Shown: positions 22,201 through 34,200 of the stretch, one piece after another
Layout of the letters: the number at the start of each line of letters is the position of its first letter
Position numbering within the stretch: position 1 is the stretch's first letter
Assembly (NCBI GenBank): GCA_002269645.1
Contig: NIVC01000169.1
Coordinates: 496,001 to 560,000 of the forward strand
Reading direction: 5' to 3'
DNA from: Macrostomum lignano
Lineage: Eukaryota
Length of the DNA: 64,000 nucleotides
The notes under the pieces: generated by a model
Databases searched by the model: none
Seen by the model: only the letters and a program-made list of their open reading frames with translations
Told to the model about the DNA's origin: nothing
Made by a program: the position numbers and the translations under genes

Positions 22201-25200
22201 ACTAGCGTTAATAAGTTGATTGATTAAGTTTACGAGAGCCGTTTATTGTCGATAGATTTGAGAAAGGCCTCCTTGTTTCCTAGGATATATTCCTAGAGGA
22301 TCTATTCATTGATTTGAGTTATCCCTTACGTTTCGGACGTAACGAAGAAGACGCCCTTCAGGAGGACCTTACAGACCTCGGAGAATTCAATTGTCCATTT
22401 GGGCGCACGTTCCATTGTTAATTCCCAGCTCGAGTACACCGTCAAGACTTCTGATTCGCTCTCGTTTTTGGTCGACCCACAGATAAAGTCAAGGGCTCCC
22501 GGAGACAGCAATTCACCGAAGCCTGTCGTCACTACAGCACAGCGAGACCAGCTAGCTCACCTACACCCGTCACTACAGCACAGCGAGACCAGCTAGCTCA
22601 CCTACACCCGTCACTACAGCACAGCGAGACCAGCTAGCTCACCTACACCCGTCACTACAGCACAGCGAGACCAGCTAGCTCACCTACACCCGTCACTACA
22701 GCACAGCGAGACCAGCTAGCTCACCTACACCTTTCAAGACCAAGACGTTTGCAAGTTACACGAGGAGCCGCTCCAGTAAGATTTTTTACTTTTCATATAC
22801 GTAGGCACTTGTTCCCCAGTGTCTAGAAGTGGGAGTTTTCGAGTGACTGACCACCACTCTTAAACTTTTCAGTTTCAACGGCGAGGGGTACGGCTGTTGA
22901 ACACTGAGACTGTCAATGGAGCATACTGCTGGACCCCCCAATATTTACCTAGTTACCCATACTTAAAATCTTGACCAAACTGGACTCACAACGTGTACCT
23001 AAGACACTCAATTTAGACCTACGTAAGACACCCAATTTAGACCTACGTAAGACACCCAATCTAGATTTACCTAAGACATCCAATGCGGACCTACCTAGAC
23101 CCCTTGGTGCCATCTGGTCGAGTGACTGGCAGCAGGATGACCTCAAACGATCGATATTTGTTCAGCTCATCGGAGATCGCGTTCACCTCCGTTACCATCG
23201 GAATGAGCTCCAAGATTTGCTCCTGCACAACTGCTTGCTCTGAAATTATTCGTTTTTACGTAAACTTCAATAAATTTAGTGCTATATGTACGTCAGAATA
23301 CTACTATCAGTAGTAAATAAATCGCTTGCCTTTAGTCAGACCGGCAGATCCGGTGGCAAAACCCTTGACATTGGCAATTTCCTTCTGCACAAATTCCCAG
23401 TTGATGCGCTTCGGTAAACCGGCGTTGCATGACCGGTTCTTCGGGTTGATGAATACGTACACGTGATTTGATCCTGGCATTGGCGAATGGGTCCAGGTGT
23501 TAGTGGAATTTGTTACTTTTTCTGTTTTTCTACCGGAATCAATTTGTTTTGAATATTCGAAAATTGTATTCGATTATCTATCTCACTCTGATTGGATAGA
23601 GTCAAGCTAATCTCTGATTGGCTAGAATCAAGATTCTCTCTGATTGGCTAGGATCCAGCTAGTCTCTGATTGGCTAAAAACATGCTCCTCCATGATTGGC
23701 TCGAATCAAGCTACACTCTGACTGGCTGGAATCAAGCTACTATCTAATTGGCTATATAATAAAGCTACTCTTTGATTCGCTAGAATCAAGCTAAAATCTG
23801 ATTGGCTAGAATCAAGATACTCCCTGATTGACTTTGATCTAGCTAATCTATGATAATCTATGATAATCTATAATCTAAGCTATACTATGCCATACTAATC
23901 GCTACCAGGATTTAAATTAATAAATTTTGTCCCTTTCTTATCGGCCGCCCCGAAGGGGGGCACTAGATTGCTAGTGATTGCCTAAAAACATGCTTCTCCC
24001 TGATAGGCTAGAAACATGCTCCTCTCTGATTGGCTAGTTCAGCTAGATTCAGCTAGTCTCTGACTGGCTAGGACCAAAACCTAAGAAAGATTTACTCACC
24101 GAACACAATCCGATCCTTGTGAGTGAGCTCCATCGGGCCAGTCAACGGCAGGCCATTCACAAGAGTCTTGGCACCCTGGATTGCCGGTCGAATTTCAAAT
24201 TCCGTGTCAGTTAGTCGGGCAATCACGGCATGTCGCTTTGAGATTGACAGGCCCATCAGGCGAATCTGCGGCTGCAATTCCTCCTCCGATCGGCCAATCA
24301 AAATCTCGGCCGACTCCAGAAAATGAACCACCACCCCTGACAGCATTGGATCCTCGTTCAGGTTCAGCAGGTGCGGAATTTGCGACTTTTTGTCTGCCGC
24401 TTCGCTGACCGGGGCGAGATCGGCTCGAGCTTCGGCGAGCTTTGAAGTTTTTGTTTGTTAGAGTTGGCACGGAATCGAATTCGGATTTCTGAACTGAGAC
24501 AGGGAATCTTCTCATTGGTTGAGACAGGGAATCTTCTGATTGGCTAAGACAGGAACAACTCTCATTGGCTGAGACAGTGGATCCTTCTGATTGGTTGAGA
24601 CCACAGATACTAAAATAACTAGATGGGCCACTCAGGCATATATACACTCGTACTTATTAAAACAGATTTCTATTTTTAGTTCTGTAGCAAAGAAGAATAT
24701 ATAGACTATTTTATAAAGATACAGGCAGCTAAAATGACTTTGGTAAGTTTAGAAGCCGAAGCTTGCAGGCGCAAATAACTTGCTAATTGGTCAGTAATAA
24801 TGTACGTTAGACAGTCCACTGAAATGTACATGGCAGCTTTAGGCTGGAATTCTGAGAAAGGCAATAAAAATTGGGGCTGGGCCGGGGTAGTGTGGAAAGG
24901 CGCAGTTGGAGGGTTCAAGCTGGGGGGGTAATAGCACAGACCAATAAGTATAACTAGACTGCGCATCCAGCATTGCTTGCGTGGGCTCGTTTTTTGACAA
25001 AATGACAAAGCAAAAAATGGTCCTCTCTACCCCAGCCCAAAACGATCGATATTTTTGGCTTGGGGAAGACTGGCCCTTCTTCAGCTGTCTGCACTGCCCT
25101 TTTTTAAATTAACATGTATATTAATGCGGCTTGGGGACCACAATAGCAATGCTATACTAACCTAAAACAGCTAAGCAAAGTTATTAAAAAATTAATAATT

Positions 25201-28200
25201 TCTCAAAACGAAATGGAAGAACAACCTGAATCTTCTAAATTGCCGAGGAAAAGAAAAGGAAATTACGGCAGCTTTTGCTGCGCTGCTGGCTGCTCGAACA
25301 ACTCAGCAATGTCTTTGGCGGGAGTGTCCTTTCATACTTTTCCAAAGGACAAGGAAATAAGGAAAAAGTGGCTGATAGCGCTGAGAAGAAAAGATTTTGA
25401 GCCATCGCCATCCACGCAAGTCTGCTCAATGCATTTTGAGGAATCTTGCTTCAAAGAGCAATTTGCAGGCTTTCTGCCTAGCGTCAAAAGACGGCTTTAT
25501 CCAAATGCCGTTCCTTCCATCTTCCCGGCGTTCCCTGACCATCTGCAGCCGAAAGCTGAGAAGAAACGGAAGACTGCCACCGCGGCCGCAGCTGGCGAAG
25601 TTGATTTCGCTGCATTTTGTAAATCAACAGAGAGCAGCGAGCCGGAAGCTCCAGTGGCTGCCAAGGAAGATGAAGATCCTGGACCGGACATCCATGTTAA
25701 CTGCGTGCCCAGAGAAGAATTCGACAAGAAGGTGAGAGCACTTAAAAATCTTCGGCGCAGATACAGAAGGCTTCTATCTACTCATAGCCGGTTCAAGAAA
25801 AGTGCAAAGGCTGTTGAAATCTTAAGGCGGTCGCTCCAGAGCAAGTACCGCAAAATTCGATCACTGCGCTCAAAGCATAGGCAAATTAAACAAAGAGCCA
25901 AGACCCTGAAAGATGTGATTCGAGAGTTAAGGGCCAAATGTAGTTTGAATGAAGCTGCTGCATCTCGGCTGAATTTCTTGACCTCCGATTCACTGCTTAG
26001 CAGCATTTTGCCAAGCAAGATTACCAAGAGGACAAGAATATTCTCCCACGAAGTGCGGAAATTCGCCTCCACATTGCACTTTTACAGCCCGAAGGCCTAT
26101 GCGTATGTGAGACAGTACTTTCAGCTTCCGCATCCAGCTTCGCTTAGAAGATGGCTCTCGAATGCGAAATGCCTTCCAGGATTTTGTGACCAAGCCTTTC
26201 AGAACTTTCTCGGCGACGCAGCTCCAATGATGACCGATCCTTCGACTACTGCAACGTTGTAGCTGATGAAATGTCACTGGAAGCGATGGTTGAGTGGAAT
26301 TCAAATGAAGGCAGTTTCTTTGGCTATGTTGACAAAGGCGATGGCAAGTCAACTGATCAGGAGGCAACTTCAGCATTGGTAGTGATGGCAGTGGGTCTCA
26401 AGAGCTATTGGAAGCTACCTTTAGGATATTTTCTAGTGAGCGGAGTTGATGGCGAATTTCTTTCAAGTGTCGTAGAGGAATCAATCCAGCGGCTCTACCA
26501 GGTTGGCGTTATTGCCTCATCATTTACATGCGATGGGACTCAGCACAATATTCGAGCGATCGAGCTTCTTGGTGCCAGAATAAGCTCTCCCAATGAGATA
26601 GTTTCCTCTTTCCCACACCCCTGCGATCCCGGCATTCAGGTTTCAGCCTTCTTGGATGTGCCGCACATGTTGAAGCTGATTCGAAACCAGTGGCAGTCCC
26701 TGGGAACATTTGTTTGGCCGGACAGAGGAAATATTGATTGGAAATATGTGTGCATGTTGCAGCAAGTACAGGAGAGCCATGGACTCAGACTGGGCAATAA
26801 GCTGAGCAGGAATCACATTAACTTTGCTAATTTAAAGATGAAAGTTTATTTGGCCTCACAACTTTTTAGTAAGTCGGTGGCTGACTCATTACGATGGGTG
26901 CACAAGCAAGGCTTGGCCGGATTTGATCATTCCGATGTATTAGTGACAGCAGATTTTATTGAGCACATCAATGATCTGTTCGATGCGTTCAACTCGAAGC
27001 GACTGGTAAATTATGGGGCTAAAATGGCTCTAAGAGCTGACAACCAGTCTGACTGGATCGACTTCTTCACTGACTCGATCCAGCTTCTCAAGAGCTTAGA
27101 AACTCCAGCTAGATGCAAAATCGTTGACACTGCAAAGAAGACAGGATTTTTAGGCTTCATCACCAATTGCCATGCCGTTATTGCGCTTGCCAAGTATTTA
27201 TTTTCAACTGGCGAATTCTTCTTTCTTTGCACTTACAAGCTGTCTCAGGACTTTCTAGAACTATTCTTTAATGCAGTCAGGCTTCGAAATGGCTGGAACC
27301 ACAACCCGACACCAAAGCAGTTTCGCTCGGCATTTAGGCAGCTGCTGGTGCATGCCGGAGGTGGGATTCTCCAGTCTGTCAGCCCGAATGTGAAGCAGCA
27401 GGATGCCACCATTCAACTGTCCTTGTCATGCCTACCATCATCAGCTGAATCAGCACAGAAGCAGTGGAAGATGAAAGTTCAGAATGATATGGGACTGAGT
27501 CTTGAATCCATCCAGCACTGCATGAATGCATCTAATTGTGAGATTTGCCAGTCTATTGTGTACTATATTGCCGGAGCAGTTGTGCGAAGCATGTTGAAAG
27601 TTGTCGAATGTGCTACGTGCAGGTCAGCTCTGACTGCCAGCTCCGAGACGCCACCAGCTTTTCGTGCCCCTTGCTCACTTGTTGCCTTGAAGAATGTTTT
27701 GAACAAGGAAGGAACTGGCGGCTTGATTTTTCCCAGCAGCGATGTCTTCCGTGTGCTGCTCAGTGCTGAGTCTGTTATTCGACGTGCCAGCTATAACAGC
27801 CAATTCTCCAGTGACGTAGCAGTTCACGAGACTTTGCGCATGTCGAGCAATCTGTTCCCTGAGCTTGACTCGCATTCGGCATCCGCAAGCAGCGGCATTG
27901 AGTCGCACAAGCTCCATTTAATTCGAGTCATGGCCGGGCTCTTCATAAAGATCAGAATGAAAAAACTAGCTAAAGAACTTTCTCGCGCAGGAAGAAGACC
28001 AGGAAGGAGGCAGAGACTACTTCGAGCAGCGATATTTCTTAATCTATAGTATATTCGAAACCAGGTGAGCTATTTATTTACTTTTATTACTGCTTCTAGC
28101 TCGTATGCTATCAGCAACAACAAAAAGGTCTCATTTTGTCTGCAAGCGTTTTGTACGGTTTTTTAGTTTTTAATAAATCGAAAAATAATACTGGATTTAA

Positions 28201-31200
28201 ACTGTTAAATTGCTAGTTGCACATAAAGTTGGTTAAATGGTTAGCAATCCGTGTTCCATGGCAAAAGGCAACAATTAATACAGCGGGCCCAATGACAGAG
28301 GGGTAGGAAGGGAAAGGAAGCCAAAAATATCGATCGTGAGGGGGTGGGAGCTGGAGTGCCATTTTTCCTACTTGGAAAGAGGCACACATTTCTTGCCCCA
28401 CACGCGCAGTCTAGTTATACTTATTGGTCTGTGGGTAATAGTCAATAAATGAGCCTTGGCTTTAAAAATCAAAATGCTTCTGTTTAACTTACTACTGAAC
28501 TGAAAGTAGCTTGCACGCAAATGTGCTGAGTGAGTGACCCATCTAGTTATTCTGTGGTTGAGACAGGGAACTTTCTGATTGGTTGAGACAGGATTCCTCT
28601 GATTGACTGAGACAGGAATTTCTCACATTAGCTGAGACAGGGAATCTTTCTGATTTTCTGAAGCAATATTTTCTTTCATGAGAAAATCAGTGCCTGACCA
28701 ACCTTGGCCTCCCAATTGTCAGAGCTGCTCTGCTGCATTAGCTCACTGTTGGACATCAGCTGGGCCCGAATTTCCTCTTCAAGTTCTTTGCGCATTTTTT
28801 CCACGTCTGAAAGAAAGAGTTGAGAGTAAATTAAAAACAAAGGCCTGGCATGCAGCCGCAAAGGGTACTCATGAAATTGAGCATAGACCTTCTTTGGACA
28901 TGCCGGTCTGCTGCTGTTGCTGCGGGAATCCTGCGCTACTCAGATCTCCAGAATCCAGCACCTTCTTTAAACGTTCGTTCTCCATCTGGTTTTTGGAGTT
29001 GGCAGAATGTTTTCTTTTTAGTAAATTGAATATTCTCTTACATAGTAGCTTAGAGTGACCGTGCCGGACAGACTTCAAGTCACACTATATAAATAGCACT
29101 GAGTGACCCCAAAGTTTCAGCCTCTCTACAAACCTAACACTAATCCTCTCTCTCAACCCTCTATCTCCACCCCCTCTCTCTCTTTCTCTCTTTCAAACTT
29201 TCTCTCTCAATCTCCTTTCTCTCAACCCTCTAATGTAACTCCCAACCCTCTATGGGTATTTTGTTGTACTTTTTATTTGCAACTCAGTTTGTCATAAATT
29301 ACCATAGACTAATTTCCTTTTACAGTTCTTTCTCGCAGTTAAGTTTCTCGCCCCAAGCCTTCTCGTCCTTAACTCATAAAATATATTGCAATTCAAATCT
29401 AAGTTAAGTTGTAGTTTCACTACAAATTGGTCCGGTGAGGCGGCGAAAGATATTACTCGCATACTCAACACTCACAGAAGACAAATCCAATGACGGACAG
29501 TGCAAGCAACAATTCCGCTCCGACACCACCTACAACCACGCAAGCCGCACCAAGTTCGGCCGCACCAGTGGTTACACATGCAGTAGGAAACGCCGCCGAC
29601 ACCGCTTCAGTCTCCCTGGCCCACCTGAAGCTGCCAATCTTCTATCGCAACAACCCGGAAGCATGGTTCCTCACGCTGGAGGCCCAGTTTATGCTCAACA
29701 GGGTGACCAACGAGACCGCCAAATTTTACCACCTAGTCTCTCATCTACCGGAGGATATCGCGGCTCTGCACTTGTCCGCTCAGACTCCAAAACAGTACGA
29801 ACAACTGAAAACAGCGATTACATCGACTCTGCAAAAGTCCAAGCAGCAGAAGGTTTCGGAAGTATTGCAAGTCTCGGACCTCGGAGGAGACAAGCCATCA
29901 ATCTTCATGCGCAAACTCCGGAGCAAGATGGAGCAGTGCCAGATACAGCCCGACGAGGAACTCCTCAAGGCCACTCTGATGCGCTGTCTTCCACAGGACC
30001 TTCGTATCGCACTGTCGGGATTCCAACAGCAGTCATCCCAGCAAATTTCCGAGATTGCTGACTCGATGTTGGTCGTCAGAGGCCTTAGCTCTCCATCGCC
30101 AGCGACAGTTTGCCCAATTCAGCAGGCCGGTGCAGATCGGACACCCCAACAGCGCTTTGAGCAAGCTCCACACCGACAAGCATCTTCTGGTAACCGGCGA
30201 GACCCTATTTTTTCTCAACCCTCTTTCCCAACCCTCTCTCTCAACCCTCTCTCTCTCAATTCTCACCTGCAGTTCGCGCAGCAGCTTATCCATGGGATTC
30301 TCATTCACTACGGCTTGATTTTTAATTTTCTTTGCCCGATCAGCGTAGCGCAGAGTGCTCAGCGTCTCGTCGTAGTTGATGTCGGCCGGGGACAGGGCGG
30401 CGATCATCACCGTTTTGCTGGAGTTGAAATTGCTCAATCGAGTTTTTCAAGCTCTTTGGATGCTACTGGCAGTAGGAGAAGTGGCTTATCTATACTGAGA
30501 AGTTGCTGGGTCAAAAAGGCTATTAAATACTGACACCCAATTAAAAACATGAATATTCGCAGGAGGGTTGCGGTGCACGTACGGCGACATTGTCCCACAG
30601 CCAGCGCTGACGGCAATTCTGCCTTTTCCACTGACTCCTGAGCACATGCGATCGCGCCAATACTGTACGCAGGCACAGCACTCATGCACACGCTCACACA
30701 GGGTGTACATCGGCCCTGACTGTCTAATCGTCAGGCATGTACACTGTGCCTTGGGGGTTTAGCGATCATGGGTGTGAATCGCACAACAACCCCGGTGGCT
30801 AATTTTCGCGTGCACACAAGCCCCAGCAAATGAATGCGGCCGCGAATCGAACCAAGGGTTTACCGCTGCCCGGCGCTGCCCTACACCGACACCTCCACGA
30901 GTTCAAACACAAATTAGCCACCCGATTCGGCACTCAATAGCACCAAACATGAGCGCCACAGAATTACATTCTTACATCCTCAGTATTACATCCTGACAAT
31001 ATTACATCCTTATAAAACTGGATCCCATCCAAATTTACCTGTTGCCGCCAAGAGCATTCTGCAGCAGCTTAGTTAGAACGGAGTCCCTATAGGGCACCAT
31101 CACTTTCTTCTTGCCAGTGGACAGGTCAGCCAGAGCGGAGATCACGTTGCCCAGTGCTGACAGGGACTTGTTGATGTTGGCGCCTTCTTTGAGTCTGTCG

Positions 31201-34200
31201 CCAGTAGCTCCTGTGCTGTCCGCCCTTTCAGAACCTGGCGTAGGAATGCATTGTGGGTAAGTTATTGTGTAAATACGGTATTGCGAGACAGTTATTGCGA
31301 GACAGGTATTGCGAGACAGGTATTCGGAGGCAGGTATTCGGAGACAGGTATTGCGAGACAGGTATTCCGAGACAGGTATACGGAGACAGGTATTCGGAGA
31401 CAGGTATTCGGAGACAGGTATTCGGAGACAGGTATTCGGAGACAGGTATTCGGAGAAAGTTATTGCGAGACAGGTATTCGGAGACAGGTATTCAGAGACA
31501 GGTATTCCGAGAAAGGTATTGCGAGACAGGTATTCGGAGGCAGGTATTCGGAGACAGGTATTCCGAGACAGGTATTCGGAGACAGGTATTCGGAGACAGG
31601 TATTCAGAGACAGGTATTCCGAGACAGGTATTCCGAGACAGGTATTGCGAGAAAGGTATTCGGAGGCAGGTATTCGGAGACAGGTATTCCGAGACAGGTA
31701 TTCGGAGACAGGTATTCGGAGACAGGTATTCAGAGACAGGTATTCCGAGACAGGTATTCCGAGACAGGTATTTTCGAGACAGGTATTCGAGACAGGTATT
31801 GGGAGACAGGTATTCGATAAGCATTAATAATCTTCCGAGCTCACCTGCCAAGTCCACCAGATTCATAACGCTACTCTTCTTCGTCTCTTTGCCGCCGCCG
31901 CCAGCAATCTGATCGAAGACAATCGTGACTACTGTGTGCGCCCTGGAACTCGTAGCGTTCATATTAGTAGCCGCCACTGTCCGACTGGCCGTGCCCTGCT
32001 CCATGCGCTGCTCGATCTCCCTGTAGCTGCCCACTGGCACCCGCTTCAGGCCGTGCACGTAGAAGCCCTGGCTGGGGTGCTGCCGAATCGGTAGGCCGGA
32101 CTTTGCCGAGGCGTCGCCAAGAAGATCGCGGACGTTCTCGTTGTAGATCTCCAGCATTGAGAAGGTCACCTCGTAGCGCTGCGTGGTGGGAGATGGGTGT
32201 CGGGAAACTGATGTGGGGACACGGGTGTCAGGAAACGGGGGTATGGGGACTCTGGTGTGGGACACGGGTGTGGGGACAGGTGGTGTGGGGACTCGGGTGT
32301 GGGGACACAAGTGTGGGGACACTTGGGGTGTGGGGACTGTTATGCCTTATGATCCGTTAATGCAGCCAATACGTATGTGCTTAAACTGTGTCTATGTCCA
32401 AACTTTGTTAATCCTTCGAGTTGTAAGCGAGTATATCAATACCATCTTTCAGTGTGTATGCCTTCTTTCAGTTCCAAAATACAAGCGCTCGATTTGGCTT
32501 GGCCGCAAGCACGACCATGCCCCTAAACTCTCATTGACTGACAACTAAATAACATTGTGCTCCACATAATTAGCCATCATGACAGGGACATGACACGGGT
32601 GTGGGGAAATATGTGTGGGGACACAGGTGTGGGGACAGGTGTGGGGACACAGGTGTGGGGACACGGGGTGAAGACACGGGTGTGGGGACATGACACGGGT
32701 GTGGGGACACAAGTGTGGGGACACTTGGGGTGTGGGGACATGACACGGGTGTGGGGAAATATGTGTGGGGACACAGGTGTGGGGACACAGGTGTGGGGAC
32801 ACGGGGTGAAGACTCGGGTGTGGGGACACAGGGTGTAGGGACTCGGATTTGGGGACACAAGTGGGGGACACGGGGTGTGGGGACTCGGGTGTGGGGACAT
32901 GACACGGGTGTGGGGACTCGGGTGTGGGGACATGACACGGGTGTGGGGACACAAGTGTGGGGAAACATGTGAGGGGACACGGGTGTGGGGACACGGGTAT
33001 AGGGACACAAGTGAAGGTACCGAGAGCAAGCAAGCTGTCGGAGAACAGGTGACCCTGATTCTTGATACCCGGGAATTCCAGAATTTAAATGAAAGAGGTG
33101 AGCAAGCTTGGCGAAGGACAGGAGCTAAACTTTTTCACTTCTTAAGCAGCATGGCATCCACTGGCTAATGAGATAGGGGTTGGAGCGCCCACCGAGAGAC
33201 AGTGGCGCCCACCAAGGATATTGGGGCGCCACAACACCAAGTATTGCGCGCAACCAAGAGACACGCTTGACGGCTGTGCTTTTTTGCTTCACTTTGTTGC
33301 ATAAGAGAGTCTTCAAGCCGCTTGTCCCTCTAAGAAGTCAGCACCGACGAAGATGTATCAGCGTACTGTTTAGCAGACTTGAGTCTCGTTCTCTATCGGA
33401 ATGAACCAGACAAATCGCTCCACCAACTAAGAACGGCCATGCATCAGCGCCCCTGAAGTAAACCTTATAAATCCGTACTAAGGTTCAAGTCAGCCGCCAT
33501 CCCATTGTTCCACTTCCCTGAGCAAGCGTAAAAGCAAAATTATTTTAACGATTTGTTCGATTAACAATAGAATTTACGACTTATATACTGAATACAGTAC
33601 TGGTAGCAGTCCTGCTTTTTCATAAGTTCTCGATGGTTCTGAAATCCGAAATAGAGTTCTGCAATGTTTCAGCCATGCGGGAAAGCGATTGGCAAATAGA
33701 GTGTCACGGCTGCACTTAGGCCCCTAGCAACAAGCAATTGCCTCAATCACGTAGGCATGCGACTTGGGCTGGCAATGTTTGCCTCGCCATCTCAGGCATC
33801 CCTGGGCTCTCCAAGTTCAGTTTCCAGCAAGTGCAGAGCTCCAGATGCCACAAGCTTTATCGTCCCGAAAGCAGCAGAGCCTGCAACACTTGGAGTTGAG
33901 GCTGGGGCTGCACTGTACTAAAATGAACGGAAGAAGAAAGCAGGAAGCCACGTATTGCTGCTTCTGCAAGCTTAGAAGGAGAGAACGACTAGGAGAGAGA
34001 AGCCAACAAGAGGCCCGCAGCTTTCAAGCTTTCCCCCTGGTCGATACGAAGCAGCCTTCAGGTTGGGGCTGCGTGGTGGTTGAGGGGGGGGGGTTCAGCT
34101 GCATCCACCTCAATTGAAACCATCGTGTCTGCATGCATTGTAGCTGCAGGCGACTAGCTGTGTCAAATAGTTCGCTCTGAGTTATATATAAGGAAGTATT

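Larger units (their letters stand above)
24602..28556. mobile_element. Outer non-autonomous P-superfamily-like MITE (about 450 bp without the nested insert)
   Basis: Left end CACAGA[TACTAAA]ATAACTAGATGGGCCACTCA (24602-24634). The right end 28531-28556 reverse-complements to CACAGAATAACTAGATGGGTCACTCA. Identical 8-mers GTTGAGAC flank it at 24594-24601 and 28557-28564. Confidence 0.8.
24490..28650. repeat. About 24-bp array (GAGACAGGGAATCTTCTGATTGGTT) split by the nested transposons; arms 24490-24601 and 28557-28650
   Basis: The same unit occurs on both sides of the insertion. Confidence 0.85.

Noticed and set aside
22326-22596. Coding-looking segment in kinesin intron 13
   Set aside because: Not needed for the kinesin frame (23095 joins 21840 in phase) and no motif recognised; may be a TE relic.
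22526-22730. CRISPR-like appearance of regular repeats (also 53165-53545)
   Set aside because: Units are contiguous with no unique spacers, there are no cas genes, and the context is eukaryotic.
29490-30533. 347-aa full-length protein
   Set aside because: Only the first about 238 codons are gag-like; the rest reads through host repeat and the antisense of kinesin exon 8.
33317-33444. Functional rRNA gene
   Set aside because: Only about 130 bp of 18S with non-rDNA flanks.
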